From contig CALVZF010000001.1 in assembly GCA_944372455.1 (NCBI GenBank), positions 1,815 to 65,814 on the forward strand: 64,000 nucleotides of DNA. Direction: 5' to 3'. Under the pieces are notes generated by a model. The model did not search any database, was not told where the DNA came from, and saw only the letters and a program-made list of their open reading frames with translations. Positions 1 through 10,156 of the stretch are shown piece by piece. Each line of letters begins with the position of its first letter. Within the stretch, counting starts at the first letter, position 1. Source of the stretch: an uncultured Bacilli bacterium (GTDB lineage Bacteria > Bacillota_I > Bacilli_A > RF39 > UBA660). Made by a program: the position numbers and the translations under genes.

Positions 1-44
1 CTGATCCTTATGTTATTCAATAAAAAAATTAGATTTTCAAAAAT

Positions 45-425
45 CTAATTTTTTTCTTCTTCAGTATGTCCTTGCTTTCCTATAATACCACCAGTCATTG
101 AAGAAAATATTAATATAACATAATAAATTAAATTTTTCCATTCAAAACTTTTATTAAATCCTAATATAGAAACTAATAATAAAAACATACTAATAATAGC
201 GCCAATTTTAATTCCTTCTAAAAATCCTCTATTAGAACTTCTTTTTGATAAATAAAATCCACTAAATACTAATGTTGAAACTACTAAAATCATTTTAATA
301 ATATTTGTAGTTTTATCACCTAAAATATCAAAATAATTAAAAACAGTTAAAATTAAAACTCCAATTATAATAGTCAAAAAAGTATACATAAGATCTTTTA
401 AATATGTTTTTAACATAATAATCAC
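45..425 (-). CDS. small multi-pass membrane protein, unknown function
   Basis: 126 aa ORF with about 4 hydrophobic helices; no recognisable catalytic motif. Confidence 0.3.
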   Translation of the reverse strand: MIIMLKTYLKDLMYTFLTIIIGVLILTVFNYFDILGDKTTNIIKMILVVSTLVFSGFYLSKRSSNRGFLEGIKIGAIISMFLLLVSILGFNKSFEWKNLIYYVILIFSSMTGGIIGKQGHTEEEKN

Positions 426-490
426 CTAATTAATACTATGTAGTGAATAAAAATATATGACTTCTCCCATAACGTATATAGGTGATTATT

Positions 491-1135
491 ATGGATTATT
501 TTACTGTTATATTTAGAACTATTTTTTTCTATTTTACTGTTTTAGTTCTCTATAGACTGATGGGAAAAAGAGAAGTAGGACAATTAGGAATTATTGATTT
601 AATAGTTTCAATTCTTATATCTCAATTAGTTGCGATAAGTATTGAAAATTATAAAGATACTATTTTTATGTCATTAATTCCAATAGTTTTATTAACCCTT
701 TTACAATTTCTTTTAGCTTTTATTTCATTAAAAATTCCCAAGACTAGAGATTTTTTAGATGGTAAACCTTCTGTTATTGTTAAAAGTGGTAAAATTAATT
801 TTAAAGAGATGGTAAAACAAAAATATAATTTAGATGATCTATTAATGCAACTTCGTGAAAGTGGAGTAAGAAGTCTAGAAGAAGTAGATTATGCTATCTT
901 AGAAACTAGCGGAAATCTTTCAATTTTTAAAAAGAACTTTTTTAATTTTCCTTCTAGTTATCCATTTGCTATTATTTTAGATGGAAAAATTCAAGAAGAT
1001 ATTTTAAAAGAAATTAATAAGAGTAGAAACTGGATAGAAAGAATATTAAAAAATAAAAATATAGAACTAAATGATGTTTTTTATGCTTTTTATAAAGGGA
1101 GTAAAGTTTTTATTATTAAAAGAAGTGACCTTTAG
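491..1135 (+). CDS. DUF421 (YetF/YdfS-like) membrane protein
   Basis: N-terminal TM helices followed by R-x-MGKR-x-x-GQL-x-x-x-DL motif typical of DUF421. ATG at 491 sits 5 nt after a GGTGA RBS; the ORF track starts at an upstream GTG at 482. Confidence 0.5.
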   Translation: MDYFTVIFRTIFFYFTVLVLYRLMGKREVGQLGIIDLIVSILISQLVAISIENYKDTIFMSLIPIVLLTLLQFLLAFISLKIPKTRDFLDGKPSVIVKSGKINFKEMVKQKYNLDDLLMQLRESGVRSLEEVDYAILETSGNLSIFKKNFFNFPSSYPFAIILDGKIQEDILKEINKSRNWIERILKNKNIELNDVFYAFYKGSKVFIIKRSDL

Positions 1136-1177
1136 TTAAAATTTATAGTATAATCTTATTATAAGGAGAGGGTAGAT

Positions 1178-2266
1178 ATGAAAAAAATAAGTAAATTAGT
1201 CTTAACTATTCTTTTTGCATTTTCTAGTTTTATTCCAATAGTAAGTGCGAAAGAACAATTTATATCACAAATAGAAGAAAATATTAATTTGACTGAAGAA
1301 ATATTAGGAAGTAGTACTTTAATAGGAAATAATGTTAAAGTTGATAAAAATATAAGTGGAATATTATTTGCTGGCGCTAATAGTTTTAAATTTAATTCTA
1401 CAACTGACTATCTAGTATCAGTGGGAAATATTATAAGTATAAACGGTACTATAAATAATGATGCTTTTATATTAGGAAATGAAATTAACTTTATAAAAGA
1501 TACAGTTATTAATCGTGATTTAGTAATATATGGAAATAATATTACTATTTCAGGGACAATAGGTAGAGATTTAATAATTAACGGACAAAATATTATAATT
1601 GATAATGCCAATATTAATGGTAATGTTACTTTAAATACATCTTCGTTTGAGGTAACTGAAAATAGTAATATATTAGGTACTTTAAAATATAACAAAAATG
1701 CTAAAACTAAAATTGATAACAAAGCTCAAATAAATAATATTATAAAAACAAAAAGCACAGAAGAAGTAGGTCCTACAATAACTAATATTATTATTGAAAG
1801 AGTTTTATCTTTTATAAGAATGCTTGTAGTATTACTTGCAATGGTACTTATAATTCCTAGGTTATTTAAGAAAATTAAAAAACAACATATAAAAAGTCAA
1901 ATAAAGGATTCTTTATTAACTTTTGTTGAAGGGTTACTTGCTTTAATTTTAATTCCACTGACAATATTAATTCTCTTAATATCAAGTCTTGGAATTTCAT
2001 TGGGATTATTACTTTTAGTAATTTATATAATTAGTATATATATTTCATTTATATTATCTGGATATTATATTGGAATGTTTATATTTAAAAAATTATTAAA
2101 AAAAGATACTAATGATTTCTTTATAGGTAGTATCGGAATTTTGATTATTTATCTATTAAAATTTATTCCTTTTATAAGTTTTATAGCAACTATTATTGAA
2201 ATTTCACTTGGATTTGGAATTATGTTAAAATTATTTACCAATAAAAAAATAGGTTTGGAAAATTAA
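1178..2266 (+). CDS. secreted beta-helical-repeat protein with C-terminal multi-TM anchor
   Basis: Signal peptide (MKKISKLVLTILFAFSSFIPIVSA); repetitive I-x-G-x-I-x-x-D beta-strand repeats; 3-4 C-terminal hydrophobic helices. Confidence 0.35.
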   Translation: MKKISKLVLTILFAFSSFIPIVSAKEQFISQIEENINLTEEILGSSTLIGNNVKVDKNISGILFAGANSFKFNSTTDYLVSVGNIISINGTINNDAFILGNEINFIKDTVINRDLVIYGNNITISGTIGRDLIINGQNIIIDNANINGNVTLNTSSFEVTENSNILGTLKYNKNAKTKIDNKAQINNIIKTKSTEEVGPTITNIIIERVLSFIRMLVVLLAMVLIIPRLFKKIKKQHIKSQIKDSLLTFVEGLLALILIPLTILILLISSLGISLGLLLLVIYIISIYISFILSGYYIGMFIFKKLLKKDTNDFFIGSIGILIIYLLKFIPFISFIATIIEISLGFGIMLKLFTNKKIGLEN

Positions 2267-2282
2267 TTTCAATCCTATTTTT

Positions 2283-3416
2283 TTATTTATTTGTAAATCT
2301 TAAGTTTTCATTTGAAATGCTAAACAATAAACCAGCCATTATCATATACGATAATAAGGAGGATCCCCCATAACTTATAAAGGGAAGAGTAATACCTGTA
2401 ATAGGAAGTAACCCAATAGTCATTCCAATATTTTGAATTTGTTGGTAAATTAACATACCAGCAATTCCTGCAATTGTATATTTATTTATATTATTAACAC
2501 TTTTACTTCCTAAACCAATTATTTTAATATCAAAGAATACTAATAAACCGATTAATCCTATTGAACCTATCAAGCCATAATTGCTTGCAAATACTGCAAA
2601 AATAAAGTCTGTTTGTGGTTCAGGAAAATAAATTGGAGTTTGTAAAAATCCTTTCCCAAATAATCCAGCAGAACCAATCGCCATTAAAGCGTTTTCAAGC
2701 TGCATTCCACTACCACTTTTCCAGTCTAATAATCTATCTATTCTATAAAAGAAATCAGTACCAAAAATTTTAATAAATAAATCCTCATTTAAAAAATGAA
2801 TTAATAATACGGAACCTAATGATAATACTAAAAGCCCTATTGCAAATACAAACCATCTATATCTTATACCACTTACAAATAACATACAAAATGTTATTAA
2901 TAAATAAATCAAAACTACACCAGTATCAGGTTGCAGGAAGGTTAAAATTGAAGGAATAAGTACTATTACTCCTACTTTAAGTAAAAATTTAAATTCATCT
3001 AGTAAAGTAGGTGAATCATATTTTTCATTAAAATCATTTATCACCCGTGCTAAAGTTAAAATAAGAATTATTTTCATAAATTCACTAGGTTGTATAGTCC
3101 CAATTCCAGGAATTGAAAACCAAGCTTTAGCATGATTAATTGTAGGTGCAAATAAAAGAAGTGCAATAAGAGAGATTATACCAATAATATAAAGTATATA
3201 AACATTTTTATAAAGAAAATCATTACCTATATACATTAAAAGATAAGCTAAAATAAACCCTACAATAAACCAAAGTGCTTGTTTAATATATAAACTACTA
3301 TAACTTGAATTAAGTAATCCCTGGGCACTATATATTGTAGTAATACTAATTATAGCTAAAATTATTAAAGGAATTAATATTCCTTTTTCTACTTTATATT
3401 TTGAGACATTTTTCAT
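2283..3416 (-). CDS. SEDS-family peptidoglycan glycosyltransferase (FtsW/RodA/SpoVE family)
   Basis: 377 aa with about 10 TM helices; conserved SEDS segments (GSGMQLENALMAIGSAGLFGKG, PEPQTDFIFAV). Confidence 0.8.
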   Translation of the reverse strand: MKNVSKYKVEKGILIPLIILAIISITTIYSAQGLLNSSYSSLYIKQALWFIVGFILAYLLMYIGNDFLYKNVYILYIIGIISLIALLLFAPTINHAKAWFSIPGIGTIQPSEFMKIILILTLARVINDFNEKYDSPTLLDEFKFLLKVGVIVLIPSILTFLQPDTGVVLIYLLITFCMLFVSGIRYRWFVFAIGLLVLSLGSVLLIHFLNEDLFIKIFGTDFFYRIDRLLDWKSGSGMQLENALMAIGSAGLFGKGFLQTPIYFPEPQTDFIFAVFASNYGLIGSIGLIGLLVFFDIKIIGLGSKSVNNINKYTIAGIAGMLIYQQIQNIGMTIGLLPITGITLPFISYGGSSLLSYMIMAGLLFSISNENLRFTNK

Positions 3417-3513
3417 TTAAATTCACCTATTAATATGATATACCAAAATAAGTATTTTTACAATGAAAGTTTTGTAAAGTTTTGGCATATTATTTAACTA
3501 GGAGAGTGATAAC

Positions 3514-3882
3514 ATGGATAATAAATTACCCAAAGTTTTTGCAAATAGAGTAAATAATGTTAGTAATAACAAAAAATTTTTTTATTCCGAATTAGAAAGA
3601 AAAAATGTTAATGTCACTTCAAAAAAAGATCCTAATCAAAATACTAAAGAAGAAATTATTAAAAAATATAATTTAAGTAATACTGTAAAACAAAGTGATA
3701 TTAGAAATAAAATAGTAGACTTATTTAAATCTCCAAACAATGTATATAAAGTTAATGTAAAAATTAAAATAGGTGGTAAAACAATTACAAAGAGTTTAAT
3801 TGGAAGAACAAATTCATCCTTGATTACTTTAGATGATGAACTTATTAATATTAATGAAATAGATGATATTGAAGCAGTATAA
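3514..3882 (+). CDS. hypothetical protein
   Basis: 122 aa ORF, Lys/Asn-rich, no recognisable domain. Confidence 0.25.
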   Translation: MDNKLPKVFANRVNNVSNNKKFFYSELERKNVNVTSKKDPNQNTKEEIIKKYNLSNTVKQSDIRNKIVDLFKSPNNVYKVNVKIKIGGKTITKSLIGRTNSSLITLDDELININEIDDIEAV

Positions 3883-3937
3883 TAATTGACAAATTAACTA
3901 TTGGTTTGATATTATAAAAATGAAGTAGGGATGTATA

Positions 3938-4540
3938 GTGAATGGAGTAAGTAATTTAGAATTCAAACTTTTAAAAACATATTTAAATAGAATTGATATT
4001 CAAAATAGTTTAATTAGCGCATTAAATATTAGAAAAATTAACTACGATACTTTTTTACTTAGTGGAAAGTTAAGAGAGATAAAACCTTTTGAAATTACTT
4101 TGAGTGAATGTAATATTATTGTTAATATATACGATGAAAAGGTTATAATATTATCAGCAGTTAGTAAAACGGGAAATTCCAAAATAGCTAATGATGTTTC
4201 ATATATAAAAAGTAAAAATACTAGATTTGATAAATTCAGTAAAGAAGATTTAGAAATAGTACACACGAATTATGGTTTTGAAGAGCAACTATTTGATAAG
4301 ACTTTTTATAGAGGAAAAGAAAGATTTAAGGTTAATAAAAATACTAACCTTACTAAACCTTTTGATATTGTTAAATTAAGAGAAAGACATTCCATTTGTC
4401 CTAAAAATCCTGTAGAAGCTTATTTAATTGATAGTTCAATAATTGATTTACTAAAAAATGCTGATGACTTATTTGACAACTTAAATTGTCAAAAACTTGG
4501 TAAGAGTGATATCCAAAAGATAAAAAGACTAAATAACTAG
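3938..4540 (+). CDS. hypothetical protein
   Basis: 200 aa ORF with no recognisable domain. Confidence 0.3.
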   Translation: MNGVSNLEFKLLKTYLNRIDIQNSLISALNIRKINYDTFLLSGKLREIKPFEITLSECNIIVNIYDEKVIILSAVSKTGNSKIANDVSYIKSKNTRFDKFSKEDLEIVHTNYGFEEQLFDKTFYRGKERFKVNKNTNLTKPFDIVKLRERHSICPKNPVEAYLIDSSIIDLLKNADDLFDNLNCQKLGKSDIQKIKRLNN

Positions 4541-4566
4541 TCTTTTTATCTTTTGGAATTATTTAA

Positions 4567-5016
4567 TTACAAACAATCAACACAAGTATCATTTAAACAT
4601 TTAATAGCACATATACAATCACAATTTATTGTGAAGAATGAATCTGTTGCATCATAATTACAAGGACTTGATGAATCTCTGTTAGGTACTAATACTCTAA
4701 ATGTTGCACAGTTTCCATCTAATTTTTCAATTCTAAATACGCATGAAGTTTCACATGATGCTGAACAGTCTGCTTCTCTAGATACTGGCATGTTCCATGG
4801 TGTACCATTTCCACAGCAAGTATATAGTGTTACTGGTCTTGTATTACAATTGATTGGAGTTCCACAACCTAACACTGGTCTATCACATGAGTCTAGACAA
4901 GTTTCAGGTCCACAAACACTTTGTTGTAATACTAAGATAACTTGTAAGATTTCTGTAATACAATTTGTTTTATTTGCATTGTTGTTTGAATTATTGTTAT
5001 TACACATATATTCCAC
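4567..5016 (-). CDS. CotY/CotZ/ExsY-family cysteine-rich spore coat (crust/exosporium) protein
   Basis: 149 aa with 22 Cys. C-terminal VFRIEKLDGNCATFRVL...DSFFTINCDCICAIKCL resembles the B. subtilis CotY region FFRVEKL-CDCCATL...DFCIEVDLGCFCAVQCL. Locally elevated GC. Confidence 0.6.
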   Translation of the reverse strand: MEYMCNNNNSNNNANKTNCITEILQVILVLQQSVCGPETCLDSCDRPVLGCGTPINCNTRPVTLYTCCGNGTPWNMPVSREADCSASCETSCVFRIEKLDGNCATFRVLVPNRDSSSPCNYDATDSFFTINCDCICAIKCLNDTCVDCL

Positions 5017-5169
5017 CCCTTCTTCTATTCACTATTAACATATTCTTAAAATAAAAATTAGTATATAGCTAAAACCTATATTTTATTTAGAATCAAAGAT
5101 ATAAATTTTGTAGCTTAAAATTCTTTTGCAAATTTTTCCATTTAATAGTATAATTAAATAGGTGATTAT

Positions 5170-5496
5170 ATGTTATATCAATATATTATTATAATAGTAG
5201 TTTTATTATTAGTTGCTTTCGCAATAGTTAGATTAAATAAAAAAGATGTTAGAATTGAAATGAACAAACTAGTTAGTTATCTTGGAGGAAAAGAAAACAT
5301 TTTAAATGTAGAAGTAAATAAATCAAGATGTAAAGTTACTTTAAAAGATGTTAGTATAGTAAATAAAGATGCAATTCAAAAGCTTGGTGCTAGAGGAATC
5401 GTAGAAATTGATAATCAATTAAAAATCATTTTAGGAAGTAATGCTAGAACATTAAAAAAATATATAGATGACTATATTTTAGATAATAAGAAGTAA
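5170..5496 (+). CDS. membrane-anchored PTS EIIB(Glc-type)-like domain protein
   Basis: N-terminal TM helix, then a PTS EIIB type-1 fold signature (NVEVNKSRCKVTLKD with the conserved Cys). Confidence 0.4.
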   Translation: MLYQYIIIIVVLLLVAFAIVRLNKKDVRIEMNKLVSYLGGKENILNVEVNKSRCKVTLKDVSIVNKDAIQKLGARGIVEIDNQLKIILGSNARTLKKYIDDYILDNKK

Positions 5497-5590
5497 AAAA
5501 ACTACTTCTTATTTTTTTTCGACACCATGTGACAAAATTCAACTAAAAAAAAGAATATAATACAATTATCAAAGAAAAGGGATGGGGTAA

Positions 5591-6793
5591 ATGAGTATTT
5601 TAGATAATGTAATTGTTAATATAATTTATATAACTTTTCCATTATTGTGTTATTTGTTTTATATTGCATACAATAAAGATTTTTCTAAAAAAAGTAATGA
5701 GTTGTTTTTGGAAATCTCACTTTTTACATCAATATATTTATGTTTAAAATTAGGAACTAACTCATATTTATTAGTTAGTATTCCAGTATTAATATGTTTT
5801 TTATGTAAAAGAAAGTTTTGTTCATTTTTATTTCCTATATTAATAATAATTTATTCTATAATAATTTTTAATTATAATCCAATTTTATTATTTGTAGAAA
5901 ATATTTTAAGCTATATATTATTCTTACTTTATTATAATGAGAAAATTAATTATAAAGTATTAATAATAACTTTTTTAGCTATTCATTCTATAGTAAGTAT
6001 ATTTTATATTGATTTAGAGTTTTTAAAAGCTATATTAAATAGTATAATATATGTAATTATTACTTTATTAATATTATATTTACTTAAGAAGTCATATAAT
6101 ATTGCTAATATACATACAAGTATTAAAGAAATTGAAAAAGAAAAACAACTTAGAAATTCATTATTTAAGATTACACATGAGATAAAAAATCCTATCGCAG
6201 TATGTAAAGGATATTTAGATATGTTTGATAAAGATAATAAGGATCATTTAAAATTTATACCAATTATAAGATCAGAAATTAATAGAACATTAACTATTAT
6301 GAATGACTTTATGGAATTTTCTAAAATTAAACTTAATTTAGATGTAATGGATATTGAATTATTGTTAGAAGAAGTACTTGATACTTTAAATAATTTATTA
6401 AATGAAAATCATATTAAATTAGAATATAAAATTAAAGATGAAGAAATATATATTAATGGTGATTACGATAGACTTAAACAAGCATTTATAAATGTAATTA
6501 AAAATAGTGTAGAAGCTTTAGAAAATATTAGTGACGCTAAAATTAAGATTAATTATAGAGTGGTAAATAATAATATTGTTATTAAGATAGAAGATAACGG
6601 TATTGGTATGAGTGAAGAAGTTAAAGATAAGATATTTGAAGCTTTTTATACTACTAAAAAGTGTGGAACCGGACTTGGAGTAAGCTTATCAAAAGAAATT
6701 ATTGATGGTCATAATGGAACTATTTTATATGAATCAGAAGAAAACTTAGGAACAATTGTAAAGATTACACTACCAATACTTAATTTAGTTTAA
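5591..6793 (+). CDS. sensor histidine kinase (multi-TM N-terminus, HisKA + HATPase_c); no adjacent response regulator
   Basis: H-box ITHEIKNPIAV, N-box/G-boxes (IEDNGIGM, GTGLGVS); about 5-6 N-terminal TM helices. Confidence 0.8.
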   Translation: MSILDNVIVNIIYITFPLLCYLFYIAYNKDFSKKSNELFLEISLFTSIYLCLKLGTNSYLLVSIPVLICFLCKRKFCSFLFPILIIIYSIIIFNYNPILLFVENILSYILFLLYYNEKINYKVLIITFLAIHSIVSIFYIDLEFLKAILNSIIYVIITLLILYLLKKSYNIANIHTSIKEIEKEKQLRNSLFKITHEIKNPIAVCKGYLDMFDKDNKDHLKFIPIIRSEINRTLTIMNDFMEFSKIKLNLDVMDIELLLEEVLDTLNNLLNENHIKLEYKIKDEEIYINGDYDRLKQAFINVIKNSVEALENISDAKIKINYRVVNNNIVIKIEDNGIGMSEEVKDKIFEAFYTTKKCGTGLGVSLSKEIIDGHNGTILYESEENLGTIVKITLPILNLV

Positions 6794-6913
6794 ATTTTGT
6801 TAAAAAAATTATCAAAATTTCAATAAAACATTGATTTAAGCGTTAAAACATGATATTTTATAAATGTAAGCATAAAACAGCTTATTTAAATGACAAATAG
6901 GAGGTAAAAGAAC

Positions 6914-7186
6914 ATGTCAAAACAAGAATTAATTGATGTAATCGCAGAAAAAGCAGGTTTAACAAAAGCTGACGCAGGACGTGCTTTAGATGCAACTTTA
7001 GAAGGAATTAAAGAAGGATTAAAAAAAGAAGGAAAAGTTGCTTTAGTAGGATTTGGAACTTTTGAAGCTAAAACAAGAGCTGCAAGAGATGGTAGAAATC
7101 CACTTACAGGAGCTACTGTTCATATTCCTGAAAAAGTTGTTCCATCTTTCAAAGCTGGAAGTAAATTAAAAGATGCTTTAAATTAA
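6914..7186 (+). CDS. hup: DNA-binding protein HU
   Basis: 90 aa; canonical HU sequence (MSKQELIDVIAEKAGLTKADAG...GFGTFE...RNPLTG). Confidence 0.95.
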   Translation: MSKQELIDVIAEKAGLTKADAGRALDATLEGIKEGLKKEGKVALVGFGTFEAKTRAARDGRNPLTGATVHIPEKVVPSFKAGSKLKDALN

Positions 7187-7258
7187 TAAATGAAAGGGCA
7201 AATAATTTATTTGCTCTTTTAATTTGTTTTCATGATATAATTATTAAGGTGGTGAAAA

Positions 7259-8353
7259 ATGCTTGAAGTTAGTATAGAGATTTTAAAAAAGTTAGAAGAG
7301 AAGAATTTTAAAGCTTATATTGTAGGAGGTTTTGTAAGAGATTATATTCTAAATATTCCATCTATTGATGTAGATATATGTACAAATGCTAAACCAAAAG
7401 AAGTATTAGAAATATTTCCTACTGCAATCCCTAATGAAGATTATGGGAGTATAAGTTTAACCTATAAAAAAATTAATTTTGAAATCACTACTTTTAGAAA
7501 AGAAAAAAAATATGTTGATCATAGAAAACCACTTGAAATAGAATATACTAATGATTTAAGAGAAGATTTAGTAAGAAGAGATTTTACTATTAATACTCTT
7601 TGTATGACCAGTGAAAAAGAAATTATAGATGTATTAAATAGTATGAAAGATTTAAACGGGAAATTGATAAAAGTAGTTGGAGATCCAGAAAAAAAACTGG
7701 AAGAAGATGCACTTAGAATTTTAAGATGTGTAAGATTTGCCACTAAATTAAATTTTAAAATAGAAAATAAAACAATTCATGCTATAAAAAGAAATTCTAA
7801 ATATTTGAAAACATTATCATATACTAGAAAGAAAGAAGAATTAGATAAAATCTTTGCTAGTAAAAATGTTAAATATGGAATCAAATTAATTAAGAAATTA
7901 GGGTTAGATAAACCTTTGGAATTAGAAAATATAAAGAAATTAAAAATTGTAGATGATATACATGGAATTTGGGCACAACTTAATGTATTAAATAAATACA
8001 GTTTTACTAAACAAGAAGAACAAATAATTTTTACAATAGAAAAATTATTAAACGAAAAAACTAATATTTTAGATTTATATATAATATATAAATATGGGGC
8101 CTATATTACTTCTATAGTAGCTGAAATTAAAGGAATAAAAAAAGAAAAAGTAAATGCTATATATAGAGAACTTAGTATTTATAACAAAAATGAAATTAAT
8201 TTTTCAGGAGAACAAATAATAAAACTTTTAAATAAAGAACCAGGTAAATGGGTTAGTGAAGTAATAAATGATCTTGAAAAACAGATTGTATATAAAAAAT
8301 TAATTAATAGTGAGGATAAAATTAGAGAATATATTATAAAAAAATACAAATAA
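7259..8353 (+). CDS. cca: CCA-adding tRNA nucleotidyltransferase
   Basis: PolyA-polymerase head domain GGFVRDYILN...DVDICT; 364 aa, typical of Firmicutes Cca. Confidence 0.8.
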   Translation: MLEVSIEILKKLEEKNFKAYIVGGFVRDYILNIPSIDVDICTNAKPKEVLEIFPTAIPNEDYGSISLTYKKINFEITTFRKEKKYVDHRKPLEIEYTNDLREDLVRRDFTINTLCMTSEKEIIDVLNSMKDLNGKLIKVVGDPEKKLEEDALRILRCVRFATKLNFKIENKTIHAIKRNSKYLKTLSYTRKKEELDKIFASKNVKYGIKLIKKLGLDKPLELENIKKLKIVDDIHGIWAQLNVLNKYSFTKQEEQIIFTIEKLLNEKTNILDLYIIYKYGAYITSIVAEIKGIKKEKVNAIYRELSIYNKNEINFSGEQIIKLLNKEPGKWVSEVINDLEKQIVYKKLINSEDKIREYIIKKYK

Positions 8354-8382
8354 ACATACTCTTTTGTAGAGGTGTTTTTTTT

Positions 8383-9024
8383 ATGAGGTTTATTAAAATA
8401 TTTATAATTATGTTATTTCTAGTAACATTTTGTATATTTATACACCCTAATGCATCCCAAAATACCAAATACAATATTAAAGTTAAAAAAGATGATAGCT
8501 TATTAATTTTTATCTTAAATAAAAATTTAAATGCTTTATATATAAAGGAAAATAACATAACATCTATTGTAATTTTAAATTATAGTGTAAATGATAAACA
8601 AATAGAAAAAATATTAAATGAGAACAATATAACTAATGTTGATAAATTGTATAATATAACCCCTGTTATGTTAAAAATTTTTGATAAAGAAAGTAAATTT
8701 CTTACTACTAAAAACAATCTTATAAGTTTAAAAGTAGGTAAAGATAATTTTTGTATTTTTAATGAAGAACAGTATAATATAGATAATAATTTTAAAGATT
8801 GTAAATTTCTATATATGTTTAATTTTAAAAATGATGTATTAAAAGACTTAATTGGAAATCCTTATGTAATTTTTCAAAACTATAATAATCCATTACCAAT
8901 TTTAACTCAAGAACAAATATATGATGATTGGACAGAATTATATACTATTGAAAAAGATTACTATACGATTTTAAAAGTTTCAAATAAAGAATTTAATATA
9001 ATTGTTATTCCAATAGTAAATTAA
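8383..9024 (+). CDS. hypothetical secreted protein
   Basis: N-terminal signal peptide; no recognisable domain. Confidence 0.3.
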   Translation: MRFIKIFIIMLFLVTFCIFIHPNASQNTKYNIKVKKDDSLLIFILNKNLNALYIKENNITSIVILNYSVNDKQIEKILNENNITNVDKLYNITPVMLKIFDKESKFLTTKNNLISLKVGKDNFCIFNEEQYNIDNNFKDCKFLYMFNFKNDVLKDLIGNPYVIFQNYNNPLPILTQEQIYDDWTELYTIEKDYYTILKVSNKEFNIIVIPIVN

Positions 9025-9051
9025 ACCTGGTATAATATTACTGGTGATAAC

Positions 9052-9480
9052 ATGAAAAAAATTATTTTAGTAGTAGTAGGGGTTTTATTAATAGGAGTAA
9101 TTGCAGTTATACTTATGACTAATTTAAGTAGTAGTAACCTTAAAAAAAATATTGAGACTGCTAAAACTACAGTTATGTTAAATTATAATATTGATAGTAT
9201 TCAAGAGGTAACAGTATATAATGGTGAAGAATCGTACTATATTATGTCATATACTAAAGATACTAAGAAGTATATTGGAGTTATTTCAAAAGATTATAAT
9301 ATGGTTTTTAGTATAGAAGAAGCTAAATTAGCTAATATTGATGAAAAGGATTATCAAATTGGATATAAGGATAAGAAGCTTATATACGAAGTTCAAAAAG
9401 AAGATAAGGATGGGTTAAATTATTATTATTATGATGCACTTACTAAAGAGTTAATTAAGAAAATAAGTGTTAATAGATAG
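9052..9480 (+). CDS. YpmB-like membrane-anchored protein (PepSY-like)
   Basis: N-terminal TM anchor, 142 aa, located immediately upstream of dnaD-nth as ypmB is in Bacillus. Confidence 0.35.
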   Translation: MKKIILVVVGVLLIGVIAVILMTNLSSSNLKKNIETAKTTVMLNYNIDSIQEVTVYNGEESYYIMSYTKDTKKYIGVISKDYNMVFSIEEAKLANIDEKDYQIGYKDKKLIYEVQKEDKDGLNYYYYDALTKELIKKISVNR

Positions 9481-9490
9481 GAGTGGTATT

Positions 9491-10156
9491 ATGAGTATTA
9501 AAAATACTGATAAATTAATTGATTTTATGAAGCTTGGAACTATTACTATTCCTAAATATATATTTTTAAATTATAATAAATTAAATCTTACTGCAGAAGA
9601 GTTTATTGTACTTATTTATTTATTAAATAATAATGGGGTTATAATATTTAATCCTAAAGTTATTGCTCAAGAACTAAATTTAGATGTTAAAAAGATATTA
9701 GAGTTAATTAATTCATTATCTAACAAACAACTTTTATCTATTGAGCTTATGAAAAACAAATTGGGAATTACTGAAGAATATATTTCTTGTGACTTGTTTT
9801 ATAAAAAGCTTTCTTTATTTATGATGGAAGAATTAAATAATGATGTTAAAGTAAATACAAACTTGTTTGAACTTTTTGAAAATGAATTTGGTAGAACTTT
9901 ATCTCCTATGGAATATGAGATTATTGGAGGGTGGAATAAAGAAGGTTTTAGTGATGAATTAATCATTGAGGCTTTAAAAGAAGCTACTTTTAATGGGGTT
10001 AGTAATTTAAGATATATTGATAAAATTCTTTTTGAATGGAAAAAGAAAGGTTATAAAACTGTTTTGGATGTTAAAAAGAATAATATTAAGAGAAATAAAA
10101 AAGAAGAGAAAATAGAAATTTTTGATTATGATTGGTTGAATGGTGATGACAAATGA
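9491..10156 (+). CDS. dnaD: DnaD-domain replication initiation/membrane attachment protein
   Basis: DnaD-like N- and C-terminal regions (EFIVLIYLL, SPMEYEIIGGW); position upstream of nth as in Bacilli. ATG 9491 lies 4 nt after an AGGAGTGG RBS; the ORF track starts at GTG 9467. Confidence 0.6.
   Translation: MSIKNTDKLIDFMKLGTITIPKYIFLNYNKLNLTAEEFIVLIYLLNNNGVIIFNPKVIAQELNLDVKKILELINSLSNKQLLSIELMKNKLGITEEYISCDLFYKKLSLFMMEELNNDVKVNTNLFELFENEFGRTLSPMEYEIIGGWNKEGFSDELIIEALKEATFNGVSNLRYIDKILFEWKKKGYKTVLDVKKNNIKRNKKEEKIEIFDYDWLNGDDK

Noticed and set aside
1408-1722. Antisense ORFs fully inside larger genes (1408-1722, 4042-4266, 7519-7743, 11475-11663, 12872-13129, 15575-15868, 18196-18492, 26044-26520, 36432-36743, 40236-40538, 45043-45348, 48649-48936, 54966-55343, 61721-61909, 63439-63633)
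   Set aside because: Each lies embedded on the opposite strand of a well-supported gene. They show AT-rich low-complexity translations typical of random ORFs in a 28% GC genome. Coordinates given are for the first; the same judgement applies to all those listed.
4790-5038. 82 aa + strand ORF overlapping the CotY-like gene
   Set aside because: It overlaps the complementary strand of a gene with strong family-specific motifs. The apparent codon bias is a mirror of the Cys/Gly-rich gene on the other strand.
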